From Oculina patagonica (lineage: Eukaryota): DNA of 64,000 bases. The stretch lies in assembly GCF_052425735.1 (NCBI RefSeq), contig NC_135762.1, forward strand, positions 10,974,001 through 11,038,000, written 5' to 3'. The translations under genes and the position numbers were made by a program. Positions 41,101 through 52,428 of the stretch are shown piece after piece; the first letter of the stretch is position 1; the number at the start of each line of letters is the position of its first letter. The notes beneath the pieces are model-generated. The model was not told where the DNA came from. It ran no database searches and saw only the letters and a list, made by a program, of their open reading frames with translations.

Positions 41101-44100
41101 GTGTCCTTAGACCCCGACAAATTGCTGCCAGATGAAACCCGTCTCAAGTTTCAACAGCTGCTGCAGTCATACGACAGAGTCTTCAACCCCGACATAGCCG
41201 GTTACAATGGTGCTGCTGGTCCCATCCAAGCAACTGTGAATATAGGCCCCGTACAGCCTCCACAACGGAAAGGCCGCGTACCTCAGTACTCTCGCAACCA
41301 ACTGGTAGAACTCCAAGCTAAGTTTGACGAGCTGGAACAGGCCCAGGTCTTCCGTCGCCCCGAGGATCTGGGCATAACCGTTGAGTATCTTAATCCTTCA
41401 TTTCTTGTAAAAAAGTCTTCAGGTGGTCACCGACTCGTGACCGCATTTGCCGACGTAGCACGCTACAGTAAACCGCAACCATCTCTAATGCCAGACGTCG
41501 ACACAACCCTGCGCACTATCACACCATGGCGCTACATGATTCAAACTGATCTCACCCGAGCATTCTACCAGATACCTCTCTCCCAGTCTTCTCTAAAGTA
41601 CTGTGGTGTAGCCACCCCCTTCCGTGGAATCCGTGTATACACAAGATCAGCAATGGGGATGCCTGGCTCTGAGACCGCACTCGAGGAAATGATGTGTCGT
41701 GTTCTGGGTGACTTAATTCAAGAAGGCTGCGTGGCTAAACTCGCAGACGACCTGTACTGTGGCGGCGATACACCCGAAACCCTCTTGACCAACTGGAGAC
41801 GGGTACTGGAGGCGCTTGATCGTTGTAACCTCCGTTTGTCCCCTACGAAGACTGTCATCTGTCCAAAGTCTACCACCATCCTTGGCTGGATCTGGTCTCA
41901 AGGCCGTCTATCAGCCAGCCCTCATCGTATTGCCGTCTTGCAATCATGCCCTCCTCCCCAAACTGTGAAAGGCCTACGTTCCTTCATTGGAGCCTATAAA
42001 GTCCTCAGTCGCGTACTCCCAAACTGCTCGGACATAGTGGATCCCCTCGAGAGCACCCTCACGGGCCTCCAGTCTAACGACAAGCTGCTTTGGGATGAGA
42101 ACCTCACCTTCAGGTTCAAGCGTGCCCAGGAGTATCTGTCCAAACACAAATCCATAGTCCTACCACGTCCTTCTGACACTCTTTGGATAGTCACCGATGG
42201 CTCAGTCACCAAGAGAGGCCTTGGTGCTACATTGTATGTTACCCGTGAAAGTCATCTTTCCCTTGCTGGCTTCTACAGCGCCAAGTTGCGGAAACACCAA
42301 GTCACCTGGCTCCCCTGCGAGGTCGAAGCATTATCTATTGCTGCTGCTGTCAAACACTTCGCTCCATTCATCATTCAGTCGCAACAGCCTACGACTGTAT
42401 TAACTGACAGCAAACCGTGCGTTCAAGCAATTGAAAAGTTATGTCGCGGTGAATTCTCGGCCAGCCCCCGAGTAACTTCCTTCCTCACGACTGTAAGCCG
42501 TTACCAAGTCAGTCTTCAACATTTGGCTGGTAAAGCCAACCTTCCGTCTGACTTCACCAGTCGCAATGCCCCCGACTGCAGTGAGCCTAAATGCCAAATT
42601 TGCTCCTTCGTCCACGAAATGGAAGACTCAGTCGTGCGTAGCGTTTCGATTCAGGACATTCTCGACAAGAAGTCCAACCTCCCGTTCACCACAAGGTCAG
42701 CATGGCTACAGATCCAGAACGACTGCCCCGACCTCCGAAGGGTGCATGCCCACCTCAAACAAGGCACTCGCCCGTCAAAGAAGATCACCAATATTCGCGA
42801 TGTTAAGCGGTATCTCAGCTGCACCTCCATTGCTCGTGACGGAGTCCTCGTAGTCAAACACTCCAAGCCATTCGTTCCTGTTTCCGAAGCAATTGTTGTG
42901 CCCCGTTCTGTACTGGATGGTCTTCTAACTGCCCTCCACATCAAACTAAACCATCCTTCCCGCCATCAGCTCCAAATGGTGTTCCAACGACAGTTCTTTG
43001 CCCTCGACATGAGCGACGCCATTTCCTGCGTTACATCTGCCTGCCACACGTGCGCTTCACTCCAGTCGTTTCCGAGCACCTTGGTATCCCAATCCTCTGA
43101 TGACCCTCCCGAAGTGATAGGAATCTCCTTTGCCGCTGACGTAATCAAGCGCCACCGTCAGTTCATCCTTGTTCTTAGAGAATGCTCCACATCACTTACT
43201 GCATCTTGCTTGATACCTGACGAAAAGCATGACACTCTACGCGATGCCCTCACAAAACTAATCGTCGGTTTACACCCTCTTGATGGTCCTAGAGCTGTCA
43301 TACGTGTTGATCCTGCTCCTGGTTTTTCATCCCTGAGCAACAACGACTCGCTCGAACATTTAAACGTCTCAATCGATGTCGGCCGTATTAAGAATAAGAA
43401 CCACAACCCTGTCGCCGAGAAGGCAGTCCGCGAACTTGAAGAAGAGCTCCTCCGACAAGAACCAGGTGGAGGACCAGTAGGCGAAGTTGGCCTCGCTCTG
43501 GCTACCGCACGTCTTAACTCCCGCCTTCGTTTCTCAGGTCTTTCTTCTCTCGAGTTGTGGACCCAACGCAACCAATTCACCCATGAGCAGTTGCCGTTGT
43601 CTGATTACCAACTCATACTCGATAGGCACAAACATCGCTCTACTAACCACGCCTATAGCGAGAAGTCCAAGAACCCCCGCGGTCTTGTCGCAAACACGCC
43701 ACCTCTACAAGTTGGAGATATTGTCTACCTCTTCTCTGATAAGGACAAGTCACGCGCTCGTGATCGCTATGTCGTTGTCTCCATCGACACCCCTTGGTGT
43801 TTTGTAAAGAAGTTTCGTGGCTCACAACTCAGAGCCACTTCTTACAAAGTCAAGCTGTCCGAGTGCTATTCCGTTCCCTCTTCCATCATTGTGCCCAGCC
43901 GCCCAGGTCCTTCAGCCCCTCCAGACATGGACGTCGAGCCTCCAGTAACTCCTGCGGTGTCCCCAGCCCCGGTACATCCTGTGTTACCTCCCCCTGCACC
44001 TCCAGAACTCATCACCATTCCGTCTGACGAGGAACAAGTCCCGTCCTTCACCAGCGATGACACACCACTTGATACCATCAGTCGCTCACCTTCCCCAGTC

Positions 44101-47100
44101 GCTGTTCAAGACGAGTCAAGCACAAGTGTTGCAGTCACAGATCAACCATTGTTGTCTCCTCCCAACTTTCCTGATCACCCAGCTTCAAGACCTCAAAGGC
44201 AGCGCAGACCTCCTTCACACTTGCAGGACTATGTTAGATTTTAACCTGCGTGTGGTACCTTTAGATCCACAGTTTAGTTTTAGGTTTACACTTTCACAAG
44301 GTACTACTAGAGACTGAGACATTTGGTTAGTCTGTCTTAATTGACATGCAGTTTTCTTCGTTTAAGTTCATATTTTTATTGCCCATGTATTTCAAGCCTG
44401 TGTACAACTACAGTTTGTCAGTTCGCTACCGTTTAAAGGTGAGAAGAGGTTGCGCCAGCAGGCAGTGCCTGCGGCATTACTATTGTAGTATGCGCGCGCA
44501 TGTTTTCGCGCCACATGTTCTCTATGTGTTATATGTCAGCCATCTTGGTTGCATTAAAAACTGCTGTTGAAGTTCTTTCGTTGTGACGTGCGTTCTTGTC
44601 TTCTAAACATTGGCGCAGGGCATTTGTTGATGTTCAAAAGAGTCATTAAACTTCAATAAAATGTTTTAAGAAAGTCCATTAAAACGGACAAAAGTCCCCA
44701 CTACGGGCGAACAATTGCTGTCAAATCCCCTTCCTATGCCTGGCCTCCCCCCCCCCCCCCCCACCCCAGCGGCTTAACATTGATAGGTGCATTAACCCTT
44801 GAACGTCAGTAGTTTGCCAAAAAACATGGGTGATTTTTTAAATGACCCTACTCCTCAGGCTTAATGCATAGTACTTGCCAGGCTTTTAATGGGGTTGGTG
44901 GTGGAGTGACATAATGGTTAGTACATTTGACTTAAGATCAAGCAGTTAAGGTTTGAGTGCTGGATTACATTTTTTTTTTTTGTTGGATGATAACTTGTAA
45001 GGCCTAGCCCTACCCGGAGAGTAGTAGTTTTTCATGCTATGGAGTCAGGGGTATTCGCTTTAGTTGTGTGGGCTACTTTGGCTCAAGTAAAGACTTTTTA
45101 GTGATCTAATAATCACATAATAAATCAATGGAACCATTATGTACTAGTTATTTAATACTAATTCTGCATTTATGCTTATTGCAGAGATGGAAACAAAATG
45201 ATCGGCCAACAATGGTAGAGTCACTTAGCTCTGACGGGCTTAACCTTGATCGCTCAAGTACAGAAGTCATGGCGCTAGAGGTTGGCCAGAATATTATGTT
45301 GACAGGCAATAGTGTTGAAGTGGTAAACCCACAACGCTCATCTAGTTCGCCAGAAATTGTGCTGTGGACAACAGCCTCTGGAGTACAGCCCGTGTCTTTT
45401 CAAACTAGTGCAAGTTGGGCAAACAGTAATGGTACAACGACGAGCAGCCCCACAACCCCCAGTACCCCACTGAATACGCCTTTATCAGCCACTGGTGCAA
45501 CCCTTCAACCTGCCACTCAGAGTAGCTCACGAGGTGCTCAAGCTAAGTTACCTGCTTTTAACACACCACCACCAATAGCTTCTTCGTCAGCTAAGAGCAG
45601 CGCAGGACACCCATCTTGGTCCCCAACTTGGAGAACAGAGGCAAAGTATTCAGGATCAAAGATGCGTCTGAATCAGGTTTGAGTGAGAAATAATATACAC
45701 CATATGCTTTGATGGTTTAGCTCTCTTAAGTTTGGGTCCAGGGAGGGAGTTCTAACTTGCATAGGCCATATGGGTACAATGTTTGTGCCATGGACTAGAT
45801 GTGCGGTTCCAATTTTTAAACAAATCATGTCCAATTTATACAATGTATCTTTCTCCTCAACAAAATCAGGTTATTTTGAAACATTTGTGTGAAAATCAAT
45901 GCAATGTAGCAGATGTTGTACTGTAGTATTGTGGATAAAATGTACCGGAAATAAAAATAAAACATCCTTTTCACTTCCGGTTTCAGGTGGGGTATATGAT
46001 CTAACTCTTTAATGAAGTAAATCTGAAATGGGGGTGCAAATTTGACATTTTGGTCTGAGTTAGGTTTTGTTGGTTTTTTGATTAGGGTACAGGACTTGTA
46101 ATCAGGAGGTCCTGGGTTTAAATCCTCCTCCTTGTCACTTGCTATAGATAGATTTGTGTTTTTGGTCCCAAATTCATCTCCTTCATCCTAAGTTGTAAAT
46201 AGCTAACTGGTCAGTCCCTCATCAGTTGGGATTTTTAACAAGTTTCTGTTCTATTTACAAATTGTTATAAGTTTGCTTGTTTGGTGTCTTCAATAAGCAA
46301 TTAACAAAATCTTATATCTTTTGTAGCAGCAGCAATATGCAGAGAAGAATCAAGAAATCCTTACTCTGAGACAACACATTCAGATTCTTCAGCAAGAACA
46401 CCTAAGCAAGATCTCACGGATAGCGGAACTGGAGGCTCAGCTTCAGTGTCTTAAGGTACATGTACAAATTAATTTTCAGTTTTCTTTTGGTTTTTCATTT
46501 ATAGCGTTGTTGTCGCAGTGTACAAAATAATGTAGAATCGTTTTACTTTGTAGACATGCAGAAGTTGATTAGGTCATTGCCCTGTTAGCATTCCTCTTTT
46601 TTCCGGCGTTTTTTTTTTTTTTTTTAATGGTATCTGTAGGGTACAGTAGTTTGGTAATGAGAGTGAAAAAAATTGCTCTCCATGATGGACTAATAGCTCC
46701 CACTTTGTGTATTAAACTTCTATCAGTATGCTTCTTTATCTTGTATTGTTTATTTTAAATGCTTGCTTGAGAACTACATTAAACTACATTAAAAAACATT
46801 GGACTTTTCCTTTAGGAAGGAGAGCTTTACAGACTGGAACATCAAGTTCAAAGATTGGAAACAGAGAACCTGAGAAAAGATGTAAAGATTCTACAACTTG
46901 AGAAACAATTACAAACAGCTTTATATTCTAGAACGCAGGTGAGTTGACAGTGACGATTTCAAAGCATTACTTCTAGGCATTGGGGTGGAGTCAGGAGAGA
47001 TCATGGGGAGGAGGGGGGTTGATAGTTGAAGCACCTTCACTAAGTCAGGCTTGGTTCTACAAAGGTTAATGATAACACTATCCACCAGATAAATCACTGT

Positions 47101-48339
47101 CTGGCAGTGGAAAGTGTATTAAATTATTGTTAACACAGTCTTATCCACTGGAAAGTCAGATTATCCATCCTCCAAACAGTCCTTTTAACCCAGATTTATC
47201 AGTTTCAAGAAGACAGGGTCGTAACCAGATATATGGGATAGTGATAGGGTAGGGATCACAGCCTCAGGATCGGAATCATGGACCCGGGATCCCGGGTCAC
47301 AAGTCATGGGATCCGGATAGGCCAATCAGATGGGGTCAGAATAGAATCAGGGATCAAATGTTGCCACATTTTGGGGATCAGAAATCAAAATTTAGAGCTA
47401 AAATTTGGGATCAGCGATGAAAAAATACACCTGGTTACGAACCTGAGAAGAAGTTAATTGCAGTTTTAAGTCTCTGAAGTTTTTCCTCTTTTTCTCTTAT
47501 TCTCTTTGTTTTCCCTCGTTTGTACATTTTGCTTACGAAATTGCAGCCAAACCTGCCTGGTCTGCACCTTGTGACCAAATGCAGCCAGGTCACTGATTGG
47601 AGTAGTGCTTTGTTATTACATTTACACCTCAACACTTTCAGTGTTACATGTACATGCATAGCTATCTTTCTACATTCTCTTTCAATGTACTGTTTGAAAC
47701 GAGCCAATCAAATCTGATGCATACCGGTGTTAGTTTTATGCAAATGAGTTCACAGTTCAGAAGGTCATGCTAGTGGGCTGTGATTGGTGGATTTCAGGTC
47801 AAAAGATGGATGTTGATTGAAAGCTGAGGGTTGTTGTTCTATGCACTTTACACCAAAAGCAGGTGTAAAACAACCACCTTGACTTTACAAAATGGGTGAT
47901 GCCTGTACAAGTTTCTCTAAATTTTAGATTTAATCCACCTAAGCCCATTTTATCCATTAGGAGAGGCAGTGTAGTAGAGATGTGGTTAAATTCTACAATA
48001 ATATTCATTGAATTCTGACTCATACCAATTTTCTTTTCTTTCAATATTCCGATAGGCAAGGCATGTGTAAATCGTCTTACATGGCACTAATCAAAACATT
48101 TTTTTGGTGTCTGACAGCCATCACCTACACCTGTGACAGTGCTTGTGCAGCAGCCTGTTGCTGACAGTGTCTCATCACATTCACTCATAAGTAAACCTAA
48201 TGATGTTGAGGCATCACACGTGGAAGAGGCTGCAAATAACGATGAGGAATTAGAGGAAAATAAAGAACAGGAAGAAAAAGAAATTGACAAGGAGGATGAT
48301 AACGGTGATGATGACTTGCAGAGTGTTGAAGAAGCTTGA
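38136..48339 (+). CDS. Uncharacterised protein, ~486 aa: Cys/His-rich N-terminal domain, S/T/P-rich linker, coiled coil, acidic tail (putative transcription factor)
   Basis: Exons 38136-38630, 45185-45676, 46327-46455, 46816-46938 and 48118-48339, all phase-0 GT-AG introns, 1461 nt open. Exons 3-4 carry heptads (EILTLRQHIQILQQEH..RIAELEAQL; LEHQVQRLETENLRKDVKILQLEKQL). Confidence 0.75.
38978..39140 (+). repeat. 5' LTR
   Basis: CGCCAGCAGG...AACATTGGCG, identical by eye to 44453-44615, with an internal ATTAAA polyA-like signal. Confidence 0.93.
39141..39151 (+). promoter_or_regulatory. Primer-binding site, tRNA-Leu type
   Basis: TGGTGGCAGCG directly after the 5' LTR is complementary to the CGCUGCCA-CCA 3' end of animal tRNA-Leu(AAG/UAG). 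Confidence 0.75.
39304..44244 (+). CDS. Gag-Pol polyprotein (Gag, Zn knuckle, aspartic protease, RT, RNase H, integrase)
   Basis: First ATG at 39304 in ORF 39181-44244. Motifs: CPLCKQAGRNDQHFLSAC, protease LDTGA, RT DLTRAFYQ / MGMPGS / LADD, RNase H TDGS..E..TDSK..SDFTSR, integrase HIKLNH..CHTC with D(AADV)-D(RVDP)-E(AEKAVRE). The PR-RT-RH-IN order is Ty3/Gypsy-like. Confidence 0.95.
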   Translation: MHSNRAPKQWSLTKNESITSFEAWRQNLQYSLSLDANFAPFLADNFTWQKKSSTAPNRGLTTDGEDVPSTRRRTAAQKNVHLELMLGQIANFCPVISRNTIVKNTTSVKSIWQAIRSHFGFQSTGAHFLDFSNIKLEVDERPEDLFQRLMSFTEDNLLVANGNITHHGEVITVDEELSPTLENFVVLTWLRLIHNDLPALVKQRYGTELRSRTLASLKPEISQALDSLLDEIRSNADTKVLRTTASRFRQPPPRPSVKSSAQPWPPRRPKSCPLCKQAGRNDQHFLSACSYLPPEDRTYLSRSRLTSTLDDEEPDYSDYVPSAFPDEDDPPPHTTARTVSRRVSTKQSPHFKAFYKQHPLRLTLDTGAETSMIKSSVARSIGATIVKSSQQALQADGMTPLAVAGETHLILSRADKQLGLDALVVDDLDVDVLAGTPFLIANDITVRPALCQVRIQDSEVIHYDPDSDSTSSHAVRRAQSYVLRASSSATVVWPGEYLELDVPSDLGDDCVLALQPRTDTPISKHTKPTCIWPEPQVVEAVGSKIRLTNTSNEPKAIGRHEHLSEILPTAETPSPTPNPASTTKSIPVKPHSLPPFSSSVSLDPDKLLPDETRLKFQQLLQSYDRVFNPDIAGYNGAAGPIQATVNIGPVQPPQRKGRVPQYSRNQLVELQAKFDELEQAQVFRRPEDLGITVEYLNPSFLVKKSSGGHRLVTAFADVARYSKPQPSLMPDVDTTLRTITPWRYMIQTDLTRAFYQIPLSQSSLKYCGVATPFRGIRVYTRSAMGMPGSETALEEMMCRVLGDLIQEGCVAKLADDLYCGGDTPETLLTNWRRVLEALDRCNLRLSPTKTVICPKSTTILGWIWSQGRLSASPHRIAVLQSCPPPQTVKGLRSFIGAYKVLSRVLPNCSDIVDPLESTLTGLQSNDKLLWDENLTFRFKRAQEYLSKHKSIVLPRPSDTLWIVTDGSVTKRGLGATLYVTRESHLSLAGFYSAKLRKHQVTWLPCEVEALSIAAAVKHFAPFIIQSQQPTTVLTDSKPCVQAIEKLCRGEFSASPRVTSFLTTVSRYQVSLQHLAGKANLPSDFTSRNAPDCSEPKCQICSFVHEMEDSVVRSVSIQDILDKKSNLPFTTRSAWLQIQNDCPDLRRVHAHLKQGTRPSKKITNIRDVKRYLSCTSIARDGVLVVKHSKPFVPVSEAIVVPRSVLDGLLTALHIKLNHPSRHQLQMVFQRQFFALDMSDAISCVTSACHTCASLQSFPSTLVSQSSDDPPEVIGISFAADVIKRHRQFILVLRECSTSLTASCLIPDEKHDTLRDALTKLIVGLHPLDGPRAVIRVDPAPGFSSLSNNDSLEHLNVSIDVGRIKNKNHNPVAEKAVRELEEELLRQEPGGGPVGEVGLALATARLNSRLRFSGLSSLELWTQRNQFTHEQLPLSDYQLILDRHKHRSTNHAYSEKSKNPRGLVANTPPLQVGDIVYLFSDKDKSRARDRYVVVSIDTPWCFVKKFRGSQLRATSYKVKLSECYSVPSSIIVPSRPGPSAPPDMDVEPPVTPAVSPAPVHPVLPPPAPPELITIPSDEEQVPSFTSDDTPLDTISRSPSPVAVQDESSTSVAVTDQPLLSPPNFPDHPASRPQRQRRPPSHLQDYVRF
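44436..44449 (+). promoter_or_regulatory. Polypurine tract
   Basis: AAGGTGAGAAGAGG just before the 3' LTR. Confidence 0.65.
44453..44615 (+). repeat. 3' LTR
   Basis: Identical to 38978-39140. Confidence 0.93.
46080..46265 (+). mobile_element. Degenerate tRNA-derived SINE fragment
   Basis: GGACTTGTAATCAGGAGGTCCTGGGTTTAAATCC head remnant and TGTAAATAGCTAACTGG..CAGTTGGGATTTTTAAC body. Same family as the reverse copies at ~51740-51897 and ~60950-61220. Confidence 0.55.
47214..47445. mobile_element. MITE with CAGGG termini
   Basis: TIR CAGGGTCGTAACCAG / CTGGTTACGAACCTG, flanked by AGAAGA on both sides, with internal GGGATC repeats. Confidence 0.7.
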
Positions 48340-51300
48340 AAACGGACGGCGCTAGCTTGTTGTCAAGTAGTTTTCATAAGAATTTACAATGTAATGGTCT
48401 AGAAAAGTTTTATCTCAATCTTATTTACTCTATTTAAGGCTACATTTTTTTACAAACTTTTAAACTTACGGGATATTACTATGTGTGTCATACATTTATT
48501 ATGCCAGCTTTCCAAGTGCATTTAGCAACTTATTTCTCCAAGGTTGCAATACCAAAATGTCAATCAGTCTGGTAGCAATCTTGAATACAGGAAAATTATC
48601 AACTGAAAGTTGGAGAAAATTTGTCTTCATGTAGTTCCAAATTCTTATATCAAACACAGAAAAAATGTATACAATAAGCAACTTAGGAGAAATATTATTA
48701 CAGTTTTGAGTTTGGGACCAAAAAGGCTAGCCTAGTACATGTACCCTTACTTTGTCAATTTTTCATTATATTTGTATGACATAGTAACTGGTGTCCTTTC
48801 ATATACCTTTAGGTAGGATGTTGATTTGGATAAAATGTTTTTTTTTTAACAAGCTTTAAAGTGACAAACAAAATACTTTGAAATTTAAGATTTAGTATAA
48901 TATCTTCCTTTCTTGCACAAACCATGTCAGCCTACATGTATATTGCACAGCTGATTGAGTCATGTTTTCATAGAAATGGTCCAGAATGCGTTTTCTGTTA
49001 TGCAGTCAGTAAACAAGGTTGTTTACCAGTTACGCAGGGAAATTGGTTGGTTCATGGTTTGGGCAGTTGGTATGCAAACACCCAAATTGGGTGATTTTGT
49101 GTGTGATTTTACTGATTAGCTGAGATGTAGCATATGCAGGATGAAACTGGTGAAGGCCTGGGAAATTTGGACGTTTTAAACCTTTCAAGATGTATTTTTT
49201 ACTTAATCTTTTCTGGTCAGGCAAACCATTAACATTCCATTCCATTAACATTCCAACTGAAATTTTCAGATTTTTTTTTAGAAAGTGGTAAACAATCCAA
49301 GTTTCCTCAGTGCAAATTGTATTTATCCCATTTGTGCCTGTTATTTAGGCACAAGAGGGTTTGGAGCTGCTTTCTGTTAGCAAGGGAAGCCATGTGCAAT
49401 TGTGACTGAAGTGGCTGTTCACAGATAGCCACTTCGCTGCAAAAAACCCCTCTGGCACCCAGGGTAAGGTAGTTTAAAACTGTTATTTACAGTTTCAATG
49501 CTTACACCAGTCTGTATGTAACAGACTAACAAAGCATGTTCTAACAATGTTATGTACATGTACACAATTTTTCTCTAAGTTTTAACAAATTGTTATATGC
49601 ATTCGGAACATATTTCCCTAGGTACAGTCAGAAATTTCAAATGAAATGTTTATTTCCTTATACATTATTGGTTTTATGCAACTTGGTTTTTAAACTGTAT
49701 TTATCATTATTTTCTTTTTATATCTTTAACATTACTTTTTATTCTTCTTCTTCACAAATGTTTATATCAAAGTATAAAAGTGCTGAAACCCAAACTTATA
49801 TTCTTAAAAGTAGCATGTAACATTTCTGTAGTACATGCAGAGCAACTCTAATAATTATGTTTACTAAGTAAAACGAATCCATTCAATAAAGGCATTTGAT
49901 TCAATGGAGACTGAAGCTGTTTGAAACTAAGTATCAGCTCATTTTGAATTACTTGTATGGCAAGCTTTAACATGGTATATGCTCTTAGCTTCAGTACATT
50001 CACCTGTGTTAGTTATGAGATTCTCACTTTGTTGAAACCAGATAATTATGACATCTTGTTACATTTCATGCCTTGACATTACCTTGAAAAAAATAGAACA
50101 CTAAATTAAAAGCTAGATTACTTGCAGTTTCTTTCTCTCTTGAAACATAGTTAATAGAGGAAAATGGTTAGGAATCCCGACAAAGTTCTTTGTTGTATGT
50201 TTTGTCGATTTTGGGGTTGACCCGCACATTACATTAGGTGGTTTGTGTGTTCATGCACTACCAATAGAATCATAGCGATTATGTTATTCATGCATAGTGT
50301 ATGAGCGCAACAAAGATGTGCAGGGTTGTGGACCTTCTAACATAAATCTTGGCCTCTTTGTTTGCTCCTTTGATGTTTGCCGGGCTTCCGAACCATTTCC
50401 CTATATTAACTATGCTTGAAATAATCTTGTTGTGGTAGTCACTCTGGTATTCTCACAGCTTGTGTATACCATATACTGTACATAATACTGCTTGTAGTAA
50501 TCCACTTGTGCTAGCCAATGTGATAATTTTTGTAATATAGTTGCAAAAGATAGGGCAGTAGTTTGTAGAATATAGAGCAGTCATTTTTGATAAAGAATAA
50601 GATACTCAATAAACCTGTTCATGCACAACAGTGACTAGTTATAATCTTTTTCCATTAATAGTCACTTGAAGTATGAGAAAAATGGAATAATTAGCCTATT
50701 AAGAACATCTCATTACAGCAGTGGAATCTCCAATCTCATTCCCAGAGTCCCTCTCCTAGATGATAAGCAAGGAAAGGAATAAAGGCCAGGGGGAAAAGAT
50801 TGTAGAATCTCTAAAGGAGAATTTTTGTTATCTTGGAAGCAAAACAACAGTCTGATCAGAGCCTTTTCAAGTTATTTTTCTCTTTACCCACCAAGACCCC
50901 CTTGCATTCTGGTAAATTCTTAAAGAATTTGGCTCAAAAATTGGTCCCTCTCCCAAAATTGGAGATCAAACATTTACGACCCTCCCCAAATCAAGACCAC
51001 AAAAATACTTTAAAAGTTTATTTGTTAAACAGGTGCTCAAAAAATTTGTGACCCTCCCCTTAATGTGGGTCCAAAAACGTTTGGCCCTCCCCAAATGGGA
51101 GCCTAAAAAATCTTAGCCCTTCCATCAAATTTGCCGCCCCCCCCCCCCCCCCCCAGTAATTAATGACCGCTCCCTAAAACCTATTCAGATCAGGTCTGTG
51201 ATTCCCAAAACCTGCTTACTTAATTTTTCCACATACAAAAGGCAACGACAAGTTGCTGGGAATACTGTGCAAAAAAATTCCTTACAAAGTGACTCTACTT

Positions 51301-51739
51301 TCTATCTTGCTTTTGTGTAATAATACTGAACTTTATTCACATCAAAGCAATACAAAAAATTAATAATTTTCACTTATTTTCACAGGTTTAGAATCATTAG
51401 CCGTCAATGTTATTATTATTATTATTATTATGTATACAGTGGGCTTCAGCAGCATAGCCCTCTGCACGCATTGCATGCCTATCAAGCTTACTAATATTTT
51501 AATGGCTAGCAACATATAGGTCCACAATGCATACAAAGAGCTACACCAACATAGCCCTCTGCATGCCTATGAAGCTAACCAATATTATATTGGCTAGCAT
51601 CACACAGGCTCACAAGGCATACAAAGATACAGCATCATAGCTCTCTGCACGCATTGCATGCCAATGAAGAAAAAAAAAATGTGATGTAATTGAGGGGCAG
51701 GGCCAATGTAAACAACTCTGAAAAAAATTGTAAATGAAG

Positions 51740-51897
51740 AAATGAAGTCCCAACTACCAGCAGGAGGAGACAGTTGGTATTTGAAGGTAGCCGAGGAGTT
51801 GAACAGGGCTACGAAAACAACACCAGCTAGTGGTCAGAACGGGACTGAACCGCGCCCTCCGATTTCAAGTCCGGCGCTCTAACCACTCGGCCACGCT
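51740..51897 (-). mobile_element. tRNA-derived SINE inserted in the tandem array
   Basis: Reverse strand GCGTGGCCGAGTGGTTAGAGCGCCGGACTTGAAATCGG..GGTTCAGTCCCG head followed by CTGACCACTAGCTGG body. Confidence 0.7.
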
Positions 51898-52296
51898 CAT
51901 CATATAGGCATGCACAAAGCATGCAAAGAGCTATAGCAACATAGCCCCCTGCATGCCTATGAAGCTAACCAACGTTATATTGGCTAGCATCATATAGGCT
52001 CAATGTTATTATGTATAACATATTCAGCAACATAGCCCTCTGCACGCATTGCATGCCTATCAAGCTTACTAATATTTTACTGGCTGCAACATATAGGTCC
52101 AAATACAAACAAAGAGCTACAGCAACATAGTTCTCTGCACGCATTGCATGTCCATGAAGCTAACAAGTATTTTCTTGGCTAGCATCATAACCAGTTAGCT
52201 CACAAGGCATGCAAAGAGCTACAGCAACAAAGCTCTCTGTACACATTGCATGCCTATGAAGCTGAGTAATATCAGAAACCCATAAGGGTTGAATTG

Positions 52297-52428
52297 NNNN
52301 NNNNNNNNNNNNNNNNNNNNNNNNNNNNNNNNNNNNNNNNNNNNNNNNNNNNNNNNNNNNNNNNNNNNNNNNNNNNNNNNNNNNNNNNNNNNNNNNNNNN
52401 NNNNNNNNNNNNNNNNNNNNNNNNNNNN
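52297..52428. other. Assembly gap (132 N)
   Basis: Run of N. Confidence 1.

Larger units (their letters stand above)
38978..44615 (+). mobile_element. Full-length Gypsy-like LTR retrotransposon (Troyka-like, 3-bp TSD)
   Basis: Two identical 163-bp LTRs, a PBS, a PPT, a single uninterrupted gag-pol ORF, and CAG on both sides (38975-38977, 44616-44618). Confidence 0.95.
38872..44791. mobile_element. PIF/Harbinger-like MITE split by the LTR element (38872-38977 and 44616-44791)
   Basis: TIRs TGCACATATCAATGTTAAGCTGCTGGGG / CCCCAGCGGCTTAACATTGATAGGTGCA with TTA TSD on both sides. Confidence 0.75.

Noticed and set aside
40163-44317. Overlapping alternative-frame and antisense ORFs in the retrotransposon
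   Set aside because: Shadow ORFs of gag-pol with no env or other motifs.
44451-44617. Canonical TG...CA boundaries for the LTR
   Set aside because: Present only around the 3' LTR. The 5' LTR is preceded by AG and followed directly by the PBS, so the CA belongs to the CAG target duplication.
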